Of a stretch of DNA of 64,000 bases, positions 14,273 to 30,452 are shown piece after piece. The DNA is from Dictyostelium discoideum. Lineage: Eukaryota. A model generated the notes under the pieces. That model saw only the letters and a program-made list of their open reading frames with translations, did no database searches and was not told where the DNA came from. Each line of letters starts with the position of its first letter. Position 1 is the stretch's first letter. Made by a program: the position numbers and the translations under genes. The DNA lies in the NCBI GenBank assembly GCA_000004695.1, contig CM000152.2, positions 32,001 through 96,000 on the forward strand, written 5' to 3'.

Positions 14273-15023
14273 TAATAATAATAATAATTTAAATGATAAT
14301 TTAAATAATTTTATTAATAGATTTGATAGTACTGTTACATTTTCTCAAGATTGTATTAATCAATTATTTGAAGATTGTGATGATGATAATGATGATAATA
14401 AAAATTTAAAAACAACAATAATTACAAAATTATATTCAATTAATAGTATTAATAATTTTAGTCAATCAATATATAAACCAATTTTTAATTTGGGATCATC
14501 AGAAATTAGAAATTTAATGTTTAAAAGTTATTTTAAATTAGAGAGTAAAGGATCATTATCACATCAATCACCCTATCAAGTATCATGGAAAGAATTAAAA
14601 GTTAAAATTTTAACCAATAATGTACCACCAAGTCAAACTATGTATGCATTGAATGCAAGTTTAGTTGGAATTTGTATCGATGAAGATCCTGAAAAGAATT
14701 ATAAATATATATCATATAAAGTTGGTAATAATTTACCAACGATCATTAATCAATCACCTTTAATTTCACAATGTATTGGTTTGGGTTTAATTCGTTCAAT
14801 CGATATGGTAAATGGTTATTACTATATAATCACTCCAATCGATCCTTCATTACTTGAAATCTCAAATACAATTTTAAAAGGTTCAATTGAAATCCCTCAA
14901 ACTCTTACTATCTCTGTATCTTCAAAAGGTAAAATATTGGTACCATACCTTCAATTAGATGTCCTCTCTTCTTATGGAACTGGTTCAGATGTAATGAATA
15001 GACCTTCTTTCTTTGATGATTAA
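12863..15023 (+). CDS. polynucleotide 5'-hydroxyl kinase Grc3/NOL9 (Clp1 family), 2 exons: 12863..13752, 13862..15023
   Basis: P-loop ..LTCGERNVGKSTFNRILINKLLKK. A GTATGT donor at 13753 and ..aaaaag acceptor at 13860-1 join in phase to YTHIIFIETDTGQTEF.. (Clp1/Grc3 Walker-B-like DxDxGQ) ..ILNTNGWLKSLG... An (AAT)n poly-Asn insert follows the start. Confidence 0.75.
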
Positions 15024-15128
15024 AATAAATAAAATAAAATAAAATAAAATAAAAAAATATTAACTACTGCTCCCTTTAATTATTTATTATTAAAAATATT
15101 AATAATTTTATAATATTAAAATAAATAG

Positions 15129-15160
<32 letters not shown>

Positions 15161-15290
15161 AACAATTTTTTGTTTTATTTTATTTATTTACACAAGTGAA
15201 ATTAATCAACATTTTATTACACTTGATCTGATTGTTTTTTATTTTTATTTACTTTTTTTTTTTTTTTTTTAAAGTTTTTTACCTTATTAT

Positions 15291-16755
15291 TTAAATACCT
15301 GGTAAAGTGAATTTTGAAGAGAATTCTTCAACTTCTTTACGTAAATCTAATAATTCTTTTGATTTATTAATTTCAACAACAAAATCAACCAATTTCTTAC
15401 CGACACGACCTTGAATTTCAAGAGAGATTGAAACGATTCTATCAAGGAAATCAGCAATCTTTTCAAAATCGGCTTCCTTTAAACCTCTACTTGTGAGAGC
15501 AGATGAACCAATACGAATACCACCTGGTGAAATTGCATTGGTATCACCATGGACGGCATTTTTATTGACGGTGATATTAGCGATATCGGCAGCTTTTTCA
15601 AATTTATTACCAGTGAGTTCCTTTGGTCTTAAATCCCAAAGAATTAAATGATTGTCAGTACCATTTGTAACCAATTTATAACCTTTGTTCATGAGAGCAT
15701 TACCAATGGCAGCGGCATTCTTTTTAACTTGAAGGGCATACTCTTTGAATTCTTGAGAGTCGGCTTCTTTGAGAGCAACAGCAACACCAGCAATAACATT
15801 TTCATGTGGACCACCTTGGAGTGATGGGAAAACTGCGAAATTGATCTTTGATTCAATGTCGTACTCTTCAATTTCTTTACCATTACCATCGACTCTTTTA
15901 CCTCTTCTAAAGAAGATGATTCCTGAACGTGGTCCTCTTAAGGTTTTATGAGTGGTACTGGTGACAACATCACAATAATCGAATGGTGAATCCAATAATT
16001 GAGCAGCTACTAAACCACTGTAATGAGCCATATCACACATTAAATAAGCACCAACTTTATCGGCGATTGCTCTCATTCTCTTGTAATCCCATTCTCTTGG
16101 ATAAGCAGATGCACCTGAAATGATTAATTTTGGTTTGAACAATAATGCATTCTCTTCTAAACGTTGATAATCGATTAAACCATCAGCACCAATTTGATAT
16201 GGCATTGATTCGAAAAAGATTGATGATGCTGAAATCTTCTTCTTATCGGTTTGATAACCATGAGTTAAATGACCACCTGATGGTAAATCTAAACCCATTA
16301 TACGATCGTGTGGTCTTAATAATGCTGTGTAAACTGCGAAATTGGCTGGACTACCACTGTATGGTTGAACATTAACACCCCATTTACTCTCATCCAAACG
16401 GAATGCTTTTAATGCTCTCTTTTGACAAAGAGTTTCTAATTCATCAACAACTTCTGTACCACCATAATATCTTGAACCTGGATAACCTTCTGCATATTTA
16501 TTTGTAAAATGTGATCCTAATGCTTCCATAACTGCTCTTGATGTAAAATTCTATTTAAAAAAAAAAAAATAAAAAAATAAAAAAATAAAAATTATTAGAT
16601 TTTATTTTTAATTAAAAATAATGAATAAACAAAAAACATACTTCAGAGGCAATTAATTCTAAACCTTTAAATTGTCTATCTTTTTCTCTATTCATTAATT
16701 CAAAGATTTCATTATCAACTTCTTTTAATGGTGTATTACCTGATACTGAACCCAT
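15291..16755 (-). CDS. shmt1: serine hydroxymethyltransferase, cytosolic type (no presequence), 2 exons: 16755..16642, 16550..15291
   Basis: Exon 1 [38 protein letters not shown] with GTATGT donor. Exon 2 [25 protein letters not shown].. continues through the canonical PLP-binding ..[16 protein letters not shown].. motif. Exon lengths of 114 and 1260 nt are in frame with ORF 15291..16529. Confidence 0.9.
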
Positions 16756-16988
16756 TTTATATGTATATGTATATTATATAATTACTTGTGTGAGTAAAAT
16801 AAAATAATAAAAAAAAAAAAAAAAAAAAATGCAATAAAAAAAAAAATAAAATAAAATAAAAAAGTGTGAATTTTATTTTTTTTTTTTTTTTATTTTTTTA
16901 TTTTTTAGGCTTTTCCAAAAGTTTAATTGCCGAAATAAAAAAAAAAAAAAAAAAAAATTAAAAATTAATTAAAAATAGAAAATCTTTA

Positions 16989-17044
16989 GTGATCACGTAT
17001 TGACTCTTCATGTGATTTAATATTAAAAACCAGTCTCTGACTCA
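16989..17044. promoter_or_regulatory. two TGACTC(A) (GCN4/AP-1-type) motifs plus a GTGATCAC palindrome, 235-290 bp upstream of the SHMT start codon
   Basis: tgactc at 17001-17006, tgactca at 17038-17044 and gtgatcac at 16989-16996, in a locally GC-richer island within the AT-rich SHMT 5' flank. Confidence 0.3.
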
Positions 17045-17077
17045 TCGTTTTGCTTTTTCAAAAAAAAAAAAAATTAA

Positions 17078-17113
<36 letters not shown>

Positions 17114-17280
17114 AAAATCAAAATTGTTTGGACGGTCTCCAAAAATCTATTTTTAGATTGATTTTTTTTTTGTGTAAATTTACAAAACATCAAAATAAAA
17201 TTAAATAAATGGTTAACTGTATTAAAATTTTTTTTTTTATTTTAAAAAAAAAAAAAAACATTTTATTATTTTTTTTATTT

Positions 17281-17293
17281 ATTACATATATTC

Positions 17294-17387
<94 letters not shown>

Positions 17388-17391
17388 TTTT
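17281..17391. repeat. (ATT)n microsatellite, ~37 units, in the intergenic region between the SHMT promoter and the PLD 3' end
   Basis: Perfect ATT trinucleotide array visible directly at 17281-17391. Confidence 0.9.
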
Positions 17392-17403
17392 TTTTTTTTT
17401 TTT

Positions 17404-18584
17404 TTAAAGGAATAGTTTCATTGAGGTAATAATATCAGAATAAATTGAAGTTGGGGTTTCAAGTTCAGATAACATTGAAGTATTATATTCAATTAAGAAA
17501 CCATTGATTCCACATAAAGTTTCTAAAGCTTCACTTGTTAATTTGATAGAACCACGATTATATTGAGAGGTTTTAGTACAATTCTCGGGGATAGTGGTAC
17601 CAAATATTTCTTTATAGATAGCAGAATTTCTTTGAGCCATATTTCTCCAAATATCATGATAGGTACTATCGATGACTAAATCTTTGATACGATCGGATAG
17701 GAGAGGATCAGGGTTCGATATGAGACCCAAATGATACTCCCAAAGATTACATCTTAGATTATGAGCAAATTTAGCAGCTTTGTAGGGTAATCCATTCACT
17801 CTACTATCGACTAAATCACGATCTTCAATGATTGCACAAATTTCACTATCTCTTGAACCATTTAAACTTCGATCATTGATATTGGCACTACCAATGATTG
17901 CGATTTTATCATCCACTATTAAAACTTTACTATGAACATAGATTTGTTCGGTGAAGATGATATCACCATTGGCATCCCAATTTCTGAGGGAATTGATCGA
18001 TAGGTATTGATCGATGTCCATCTCTGGAAACTTTTTCAAAAGTTCCGTCTTTATACCTGTGATTGATTTCTCTGTATACTTTATAATTAATTGGGTGTCA
18101 ACATCATAGATATCACCTTCACAATGTACTGGTAACAATAGAATCACTCTAAACACTTGATTCAATAATACTGCCTTTTCAATTCTCTTATAGATTGCAA
18201 ATGCAATCTGATTATTTGGTTGAGTGAATCCAACTGATGATATGAAAAATTGGTTTTGTATATATATGAAATGTTGTGATAAATTTATTAAATTTAAATA
18301 TGCCTTATAGATTGAATTCTCTAATACTTGTCCTGCTGACCAACCACAAACTGATCTAACTATTTGAACTTTACATGTACCTCTTTGTTGTGGTGGTAAT
18401 GGTGGTTGATAATGATGATGATGATGATGATGATGTTGTTGTTGTTGTTGATTATTTAATTGATGTGGTAAACTATTATTATGAATTTCACCACTAATAT
18501 TAAAATTTAAATTATTTGAACTTGAATTTAAATTATTATTAGTTGTTGTAGTGGTAGTGGTAGAAGTAGTATTATTATTATTAA

Positions 18585-18663
<79 letters not shown>

Positions 18664-20843
18664 TGGTAATATATTTGTGCTTGTATTTAAATTATTATTA
18701 TTATTATTAATTGGTAACATATTTGTACTTGTATTTAAATTGTTATTATTTGTAGTAGTGGTAGTATTATTTGTATTATTTGTAGTATTCGTGCTTGAAT
18801 TTAAATTATTTATATTATTATTATTATTATTATTATTAATATTATTGGTATTATTATTAGCATTATTATTATTATTATTAATATTTGTATTTGGATGTAA
18901 AAATTGAGTTGGTGGTTGTGGATGTGGTATATTTAAAGGTGTTTCTAAAGAAGTTATAAGATATGGATAACTTTTATAATCACGATTTGAATCTTTAGCA
19001 TGATTCCAACGTTGAATGAAATTATAAGTGACATCACGAGCAGCTTTACCATCTAAAGAGATTGAAACGTCATGCCAAGGCATTCTAGGTTGAGTATTTC
19101 TATCGACTAAACAATCTTTCAAATTATTTACAGGTTTAGCAATACAACTATTGATATAATCAGCACCAGGGAAATTAATTTCTAAATTATCTTTAACGAA
19201 ATAGTATTCATTATCGTAACGACCAAAACAAAGATCTAAACCACCAATGAAAGCAATACGTTGATCGACAACCACAACCTTTTGATGATGTGACCAATAG
19301 AGTGGTAACATATGTGGATGTCTGATCACTTTAATATTACGACGATGCATTTTCTCAAAGAAACTCTTTACACCTCTACTACCCAAATCCATTGCAATCA
19401 TAGTTTCATCCCAAATTAGAATATAGATTTTCACACCTTCACTTGCTTTCTTCATCAATACACTATCCAAACGATATTTATCGGGTGTTTTACTCGTTGC
19501 AGTACGATTTAATGAAACATTTGGAGAGATCCACCAACCTGCTATATAGATTTCACTGGTTGCATGTTTCAATGCCTTGTAGACACCTTTAAAGTAAGTG
19601 CTACCATTGATGTAAGGAACAACGTTAATATCCTCCTGTGGTGAAGCGAATGAATGATACCTATAGGAACCTTTACTATTCTCTCTAATTGCATTAACAA
19701 AATTCGAAGCTCTATGAGAACTTAATGAAATAAATGTTTGCTCGGTATCATCGAATCTTCTTAGGACGAAATCGGTTGCTTCCTTATTACCATCGATTTG
19801 TTTACTTAGTGAACCCTTAAATAGTGATTTCAATTTCATATGATGTTTAGGATGTTCCTTTGGTATGATTTTAACATTGGTTTTAAAGAGACAAATCACT
19901 TTGGAAGGCTTTGAAAACAATCTTTTATAACCAATTAAAAAACCAGATCTAACTTCGAACCAACGTAATGAGTATGCTTTAATGATACCTAAATACTTTT
20001 CATAGTAAAGATAACCTGAAGCTTGTTTATACTTTATACTCGATTTTAAATAATCTTCAATGGGTTTTATATAACATAGATAAATCAAATCAAAGAAACC
20101 AAAACATCTCGGTATATCAGAGTTTGAAACGGACCTCTTTATAAACTCTTTCATCTCCAATGATGTATCCTTAAAGAAGGGTTGTTCCGATGACATTGAT
20201 TTCTGATAGAATGAATCCGATCTTGGGAATGATGGTGTACGTTGTATTGAATTGACTGTACTTAAACCCTCTCTATAGATATTGTTAACCACTTCATCGG
20301 GTGTACCAATTGAGCCTAAACCAAATACATTCAATACGGTTAGGGCATCAATGCCTTGAATCATCTCCAATAACTCTGTTTTATATACAACTCCCTCTGA
20401 TTTCTTTCTAACCAATTTAAAGACCAATTCCGATTTCTCTTTCAATGTACCTCTAGTCATAATTGAGATGATTTCAATCAAATGAATGATGGATGGATTC
20501 TTATTTGCCTCTAGATTATATCTCTTTCGAATGTATGAAAAAAGATTCTCTACCATATATTTTATGATCATACGATATTTAAGTATTTCAGAAGAACTAT
20601 CAATATAATCGAATTCATCTTCTTTTAAAGTTTTACCACCCCATAGATTACAATCTCGAATAATTGAAAATTGTGATCTATAAAGATTAATAGATTCAAT
20701 CTTTTCTTGTGATGGTGGTTTACTATCATCTTCATCATCGTATTCACCATAATAATATTCATCATCCATTGGTTTATCTGTATAACTTGCATTACTAATA
20801 TTACTAATATTACTACTTTCTAAATAACTATTATATTTATAAC

Positions 20844-20907
<64 letters not shown>

Positions 20908-22144
20908 TGTTGTGGCTGTTGTTGTTGTTTTAGGTGAAGATGATAATATTGTATCTTTTACTTTTGCTGTTGTTACATTTGATGTTTGTTGTTGTTTTTG
21001 TTGTTGTTTTTCTAATTCTACAGTATCTTTTATTGTTTCAACTCCTTCAAGTTTTTTTATAGTTTTATTTGATATAATTGTTTTCTCTAAATTTTGATGA
21101 TCATTTGTTGTTGTGGTTGTTGAAGTTGTTGTAGTTGTGGTTGTTGCTGCTGCAGTTAATTCTTCAATTGGTGTATTAATATCATTTGGATGTTTATAAT
21201 CATAAAGTATATTATTTAAACTATTATGATTTCCATCTTTTAAAAGTTGTTTTCTTAATTGTTGTTTTAATTGTTGTTTTTCATCTTCAACAAATTTAAT
21301 TGATTCATTAGTTTGTAAATCATTTGATAGGGTTGTTGTAGTTGTTGTTGATGATGAAGCACCTTCAGTACCTGCACCACCAGCACCAACAACTTCACAT
21401 AATAATCCTGATGATTCATTTGATATCTTTTGTTTAATTTTATTAATTGTTGTTGTAATTTTCTTTTCAATCATATGTGTAGTAGTATGATGATGATGAT
21501 TCTGATGATTCTGATGATTCTGATGATTCTGATTATGTGTCGATGATATTTCATCCACATTCAAATCAATCGAATTCATTTTTTTTGATAAACGTTTTGC
21601 TTGAGAATTTTTTAATGACATTGATGATATTGTCGATTCATCTTCATCATCTTGTTCAAATTCTTTACCTTCATCATCTTCATCCTCATCATCATCATCA
21701 TCTTCATCATCTTCGTCATCTTCATCTTCATAAATATCATCATATATATTATGTAAATATGAATTATCACTTGAATAATTATCATTATGATTATTTAAAA
21801 TATCATCTAAATTGGTTGTATTATTACCATTAACATTACCATTATTATTTATATTATTACTATTTGTAGTTGTTGTAGTTGTTGGTTTTTTAATATTATT
21901 ATTAGTTGTATTTAATGGTGTTGTACTATTACTATGGTTAAATGATTGATTTGAACGATGAGAACTATTAATTTCTTTTCTATATATAACATCCTCATTA
22001 TAGAATAATGATGATAATTCCTCAATTCCACTAGGTATATGTACTAAAAATGATAATGTTTGATAAATAATATTCTCTGTAAATCCATCTAAATCTAAAT
22101 TAATTCTATGAAATAAATCATATAATAATTTAATCTCTTCTTTT

Positions 22145-22182
<38 letters not shown>

Positions 22183-22446
22183 TTTTATTTTATTTTTTGG
22201 AAAATAGATGGAAATTAATAATTAATTGAAAAAAATAGGAAAATAAAATAAAAAAATAAATAACTTACAATATGAAATATTATAAAGATATTTTTCATCC
22301 TCTAATGAATAGGTTTCAACTTCAAATGGTTGAAATTTTGGTAAACTTTGTTGTTGTTGCTGTTGTTGCTGTTGTTGTTGTTGTTGTAGTACTCTATCTA
22401 CTACTGGTTTCAGTGTTCTCTTTTGTGGAGGTGTAAAAAAGTACAT
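17404..22446 (-). CDS. phospholipase D (two HKD motifs), ~1640 aa, 2 exons: 22446..22269, 22148..17404
   Basis: The large ORF has HKD motifs HHQKVVVVDQRIAFIGGLDLCFGRYD and YVHSKVLIVDDKIAIIGSANINDRS. The frame stays open upstream of the listed Met (21621) to a ..aaaaag acceptor at 22149-50. Exon 1 (ORF 22222..22446, MYFFTPPQKRTLKPVVDRVLQQQ..) ends at a GTAAGT donor at 22268. Phase 1 joins to (F)SKEEIKLLYDLFHRINLDLDGF... Confidence 0.75.
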
Positions 22447-22629
22447 TTGATTATTCTTTTATTTTTTTTTTTTTTTTCTTTTATTTAGTTTTTATCTTTA
22501 TTTTTTTTTTTATTTTTTTTTTGTTTTTGTTTTAATTATTTAAAAAATAAATTATTATTATAATAATAAATAATAGATAGTAAATATACTATGGTTGTGA
22601 ATATTTTTGTAAATGCATTATAAAGCATA

Positions 22630-22669
<40 letters not shown>

Positions 22670-22922
22670 TAGAGATTGATATAATTACAAAGTTAACTTT
22701 GGTGGTGAGAATATTTGTTTTAAAAAAAAATAAAAAAATAAAAAAATAAAAATTTTAAAAAAAAAATATAATAATTAAAAAATTGAAAATTAAAAATTAA
22801 AAATTAAAAATAAAAATAAAAAATTAATGAGAATATATGTTGAGATAAAAATAAAATACTATGGTATGTTTTGAAAACAAAAAGCGAAATGTGTATGTGC
22901 GTGGTGAGACAATTTATTAAAA

Positions 22923-22962
<40 letters not shown>

Positions 22963-23111
22963 ATTTTTTAAACCATATAAAAAAAAAGTCATCTTCGTGG
23001 GTTTTTTTTTTTTGATTTTTTATATTTTTTTTATTGTTTTTTGATGTTTAATGTTTGTTTTTATTTATTTTTATTATTTTATTTTTTTATTTTTTTTTAA
23101 AAATAATTTAT

Positions 23112-23969
23112 TTAAGAAAGGTCATGAGATACACCATTGAAAATATCAGATTTATGATCTTGTAATTGTGGTTTTGATTCATATACAGTATTTACAATTT
23201 CTCTTTTAGCACTTGTGTATACACCTTTTAATGCAATGAAATAAATTTTGGTAGTTGGCGAACCAAAATTTGATGGAAAATAAAGTGTAAGATGATTTAT
23301 ATTATTGAATTTTGTTGGTCTTTTTTTTTTTTTTTTTTGAAGAAAAATAAAATAAAAAATATGTGTTAATATAAATTTCTAATTGAATAAAAAAATAAAA
23401 TAAAATAAAAAAAATAACTTACTTTGTACTATAACCAATTTGACCTTCAAAATCTTCATGTAAATTCCATTCTTGAGTACATGCAAATGAATTAATATTA
23501 CCAAAGTCAATATTACTATTATTAATATATGCTTTCATTTTATTTGGTGAAGAACCACCATCGCCACCAATAATTATTATTGATTTAATTTGTGTTACTG
23601 CACCAAATGGAATATTTATAATTAATTCTTCATCGTCACAACTTTCAACAAACTTTTTAACAAAAAATTATTTATTTTATATTAGAAATTTATTTTCTTT
23701 ATTTTTTGAGAAAAAAAAAAAAAAAAAAATAAATAAATAAATAAAAAATAATAAAAAATAATAAAAAATAATAAAAAATAATAATAATAATACATTACAT
23801 GTTTAAGGTCATGTCTATCTTCCCATGATTTAAAAATATGTCTAACTGAACCTTTAACTTTTTCATTTAAACATGTAATTGTTCCTGTATCTAAATATCT
23901 ATTTAATGAATATTCAATTCCATCGTCAACACCATGAGAGTGACTAGAATCATTACATTGATGAGCCAT
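23112..23969 (-). CDS. PITH-domain protein (PITHD1 homologue), 3 exons: 23969..23799, 23652..23423, 23319..23112
   Basis: Exon 1 MAHQCNDSSHSHG..ITCLNEKVKGSVRHIFKSWEDRHDLKH with GTAATG donor. Exon 2 FVESCDDEELIINIPFGAVTQIKSIIIIGGDGGSSPNKMKAYINNSNIDF..GYSTK with GTAAGT donor. Exon 3 (K)PTKFNNINHLTLYFPSNFGSPTTKIYFIALKGVYT..*. It aligns along the whole of human PITHD1 (CLNESREGSGRGVFKPWEER..KFVESDADEEL..HLSIHISKNFGADTTKVFYIGLRGEWT). Confidence 0.75.
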
Positions 23970-23982
23970 TACTATCTATTAA

Positions 23983-24014
<32 letters not shown>

Positions 24015-24377
24015 TATTATTATTAATTATATATATATATTATATTTTTTGATAATTATTGAAATTACTCTTATTTTTAGCAGGTTATGTTTTAAAGAGA
24101 AATTAAAAAAAAAAAAAAAAAAAAAAAATAAAAAATAAAAAAACAAAAATTTATGTTCATGAATATTTTTAATTTTTTATTTTTTTTATATTTTTTTATT
24201 TTTCATTTTTTTTATTTTTATTTTTTTTTATTTTTTTTTTATTTCTTTTTTTTTTTTTATTTTTTTTTTTTTCAAATAACACAACAAGATTTAAATCTAT
24301 CTTTGTATAAGTGTAATTTTTTTGATTTTTTTTTTTTTTGATTTTTTTTTTAAAGTGTGTGATTAAAAATAAAATAG

Positions 24378-24410
<33 letters not shown>

Positions 24411-24544
24411 AAATTAAAATATTATAAATAATTATAATAATTAAAATAATATTATTAATAATAATAAAAAATAGTAATAAAAAATAATAATAATATAATA
24501 ATAATAATAATAAAAAAAATAAAAATAAAAATAATTTTTAAAAA

Positions 24545-27868
<3,324 letters not shown>

Positions 27869-27945
27869 AATAAAATAATTAATTTTTTAAACGATCAAAC
27901 ACATTTTTTTTTAATTTAATTTGGCCCAAGGTTTGTTTTTTTTGG

Positions 27946-27976
<31 letters not shown>

Positions 27977-28114
27977 ATTGTTTCCATACCTTTATTTCTT
28001 GAAATTGAGAAAAAATGGAAAAAAAAGAAATGACAGAAAGAAAAAAAGAAATGATCTTAAATAAATTTATTTTTATTATCTTTATTTTTTTTTTTTTTTT
28101 TTTTTTTTTATTGT

Positions 28115-28917
28115 TTAAAGTGATTTTACAATTAAACATTGTGAAGAAGTTGAACAACAAATCAAACGATTTATATTTGAATTAATATCGAAAGAATCAA
28201 TTGAACCAATTGAAGTTGGAAGTTGTAATAATGAAACTTCTTTACTATAGATATCAAATGTATTATTGATTTGATTTGGTAAAGTCATCATACCACCACC
28301 ACCTAAATTATCCTTATTGTATGAATATTGATAAATGAATCCATCCTCTGAACATGAATATAATTGATTTGGATTTGATTTACTAAATGATAATTCCCAA
28401 ACTTTTTTAAAAATTAGTAATTAGTAATTAATAATTAATTATGAATATATTATTTATTTATTATCTATTATCTATTATCTATTATTTATTTATTAATAAA
28501 TTACCATTTGAATTATGAGTTTTATTTTGATCAATTGAATAATCATTTCTAATATCAAAAAGATTAACTTGACCATCAGAACTACCAGCAGCAATGATAT
28601 GTTGTTCATCTTTGTGAATTGCCAAACTAAATATTCTAGGACATTGAGTTTTAATTGTTTTGACAGGTTGTGATGAATTTGATCTTATATCCCAAAATTT
28701 AATATATCTACCCAATTCACCTGATGTTATGATTTGATTGGATGTAATTGATTTTACAACATTTACACTCAATCCATCAATATATCTATTGGTATAAATT
28801 GGTATTAAATTTTCAATTGATAATAAATTCATAACACCATCATTACCAACTGTAACTAAACTATGTTGATCATAACTAATATCAAATGAATTTATACAAC
28901 TACCATTATTATTATTA

Positions 28918-28967
<50 letters not shown>

Positions 28968-29588
28968 ATTATTATTATTATTATTATAATTATTATTATT
29001 TATATTATTACTATTTACATTATTATTATTACTACTACTATTAAACCATATTCTTTCTTTTAATAAATTACATGTATCATAAGTGTCATTTATATTATTG
29101 ATATTATTATAATTTTCATACTTTTTATCTAAAAGACCATCATAACCTATATATTCAAATTTATTTGGTAAATTAAAAATTGAATACATAAAAATTGATC
29201 CTTTTGATGTTGACCCAATTATCATTGGTTTATTATTAATTTCAATAACTTTTAATTCTGTAACTATACCATCGATTGGTACTGATGCTAATTCTTCAAT
29301 TTCATCAGAGTTTTGTCTACTTTCTAATCCCCAAACTGATATCTTATTTTTCTTTTTATTTTATATTTTTTTATGTTTAAACATGTATATAGGTTAGTAT
29401 ATATTTCCCGAGATAAAAAAAAAAAAAAAAAAACTTTTTTTTTTTTTTTGGGTTTAAAAATTACTCACCGATAATACAGGGTGATTTGTACCTGTTACAA
29501 ATAATGATGTATCATTATGAAAATTTCTATTTAGAAATCTAACTTTATTTATTTTATGTGTGCTATAATGTACGCTGACTGAACTCAT
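28115..29588 (-). CDS. WD40-repeat protein, 3 exons: 29588..29469, 29342..28505, 28401..28115
   Basis: Exon 1 MSSVSVHYSTHKINKVRFLNRNFHNDTSLFVTGTNHPVLS with GTGAGT donor. Exon 2 is ORF 28482..29225 extended to the acceptor (ISVWGLESRQ..). WD-like repeats (..SLVTVGNDGVMNLLSI.., ..IIAAGSSDGQVNLFDIRN..) are interrupted by an (AAT)n poly-Asn run. A GTAATT donor after ..NSNG joins exon 3, (V)WELSFSKSNPNQLYSCSEDGFIYQY..*. Confidence 0.65.
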
Positions 29589-29665
29589 CTTTTTTAATCG
29601 AATTTATAAAAAAAAAAAATAAAAAAAAAAAAATTAAAAATAAAAAAAAAATGAAAATGAAAATG

Positions 29666-29701
<36 letters not shown>

Positions 29702-30036
29702 TTTAAATCTTATAAAATCATTTTATTCCTAAAAGGACAATGTTAAATTATTTGGGAAAAAAAAACAAAATAAAAATAAAAAAATAAAAAAATAAAATAA
29801 AATGCAGCACCATTGTCCTTTATGGTCTTAAAAGTTGATCAACACCATTCTGGGAGCAGTATTCTAAAATTGATTTGGTAAAATGTTTTTCAAAATTCAA
29901 TTCGATTGTGTTTGGAGAATTTTATAAATAAAAAAATAATAAAAACTATGTGTATATTCACCATAATATTTAAATGTGTATGAAATTTAACTTCTTTTGA
30001 AACCAACATTTAAAATTTTCATAACGAACATTATTT

Positions 30037-30073
<37 letters not shown>

Positions 30074-30452
30074 TTTTAAATTTTTTTTTTTTTTTTTTGA
30101 AAAATTTTTTTTTTTTTTTTTCATTTGGGCCAATATAAAAAAAAAAAAAAAGGGTTAATCATCGCTGTTTTTTTTTTTTTTCAAAAAGGATTGCCTGTCA
30201 TATAATAAACAATAACAACAATAGTTGATATTTGAAAGATAGATTGATAGACTATTTACACAATTTTTTATTTTTTTCTTTTTTAAAAAAAAATATTAAT
30301 TTTAAATATATAAATATAAAAAAATTATTTCTATAATAATAGTAACATAACTAAAAAAAAAAAAATAAAATAAAAAAAAAAAATAAAAAAAACAACAATA
30401 ATAAAATTTTTTTAAATTATAAAAAATAAATAAATAAATAAATAAATTAAAA

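Noticed and set aside
18551-18907. 118-aa poly-Leu plus-strand ORF inside the PLD gene
   Set aside because: Antisense reading of an (AAT)n/(TTA)n coding microsatellite. The PLD frame on the minus strand is conserved (HKD motifs).
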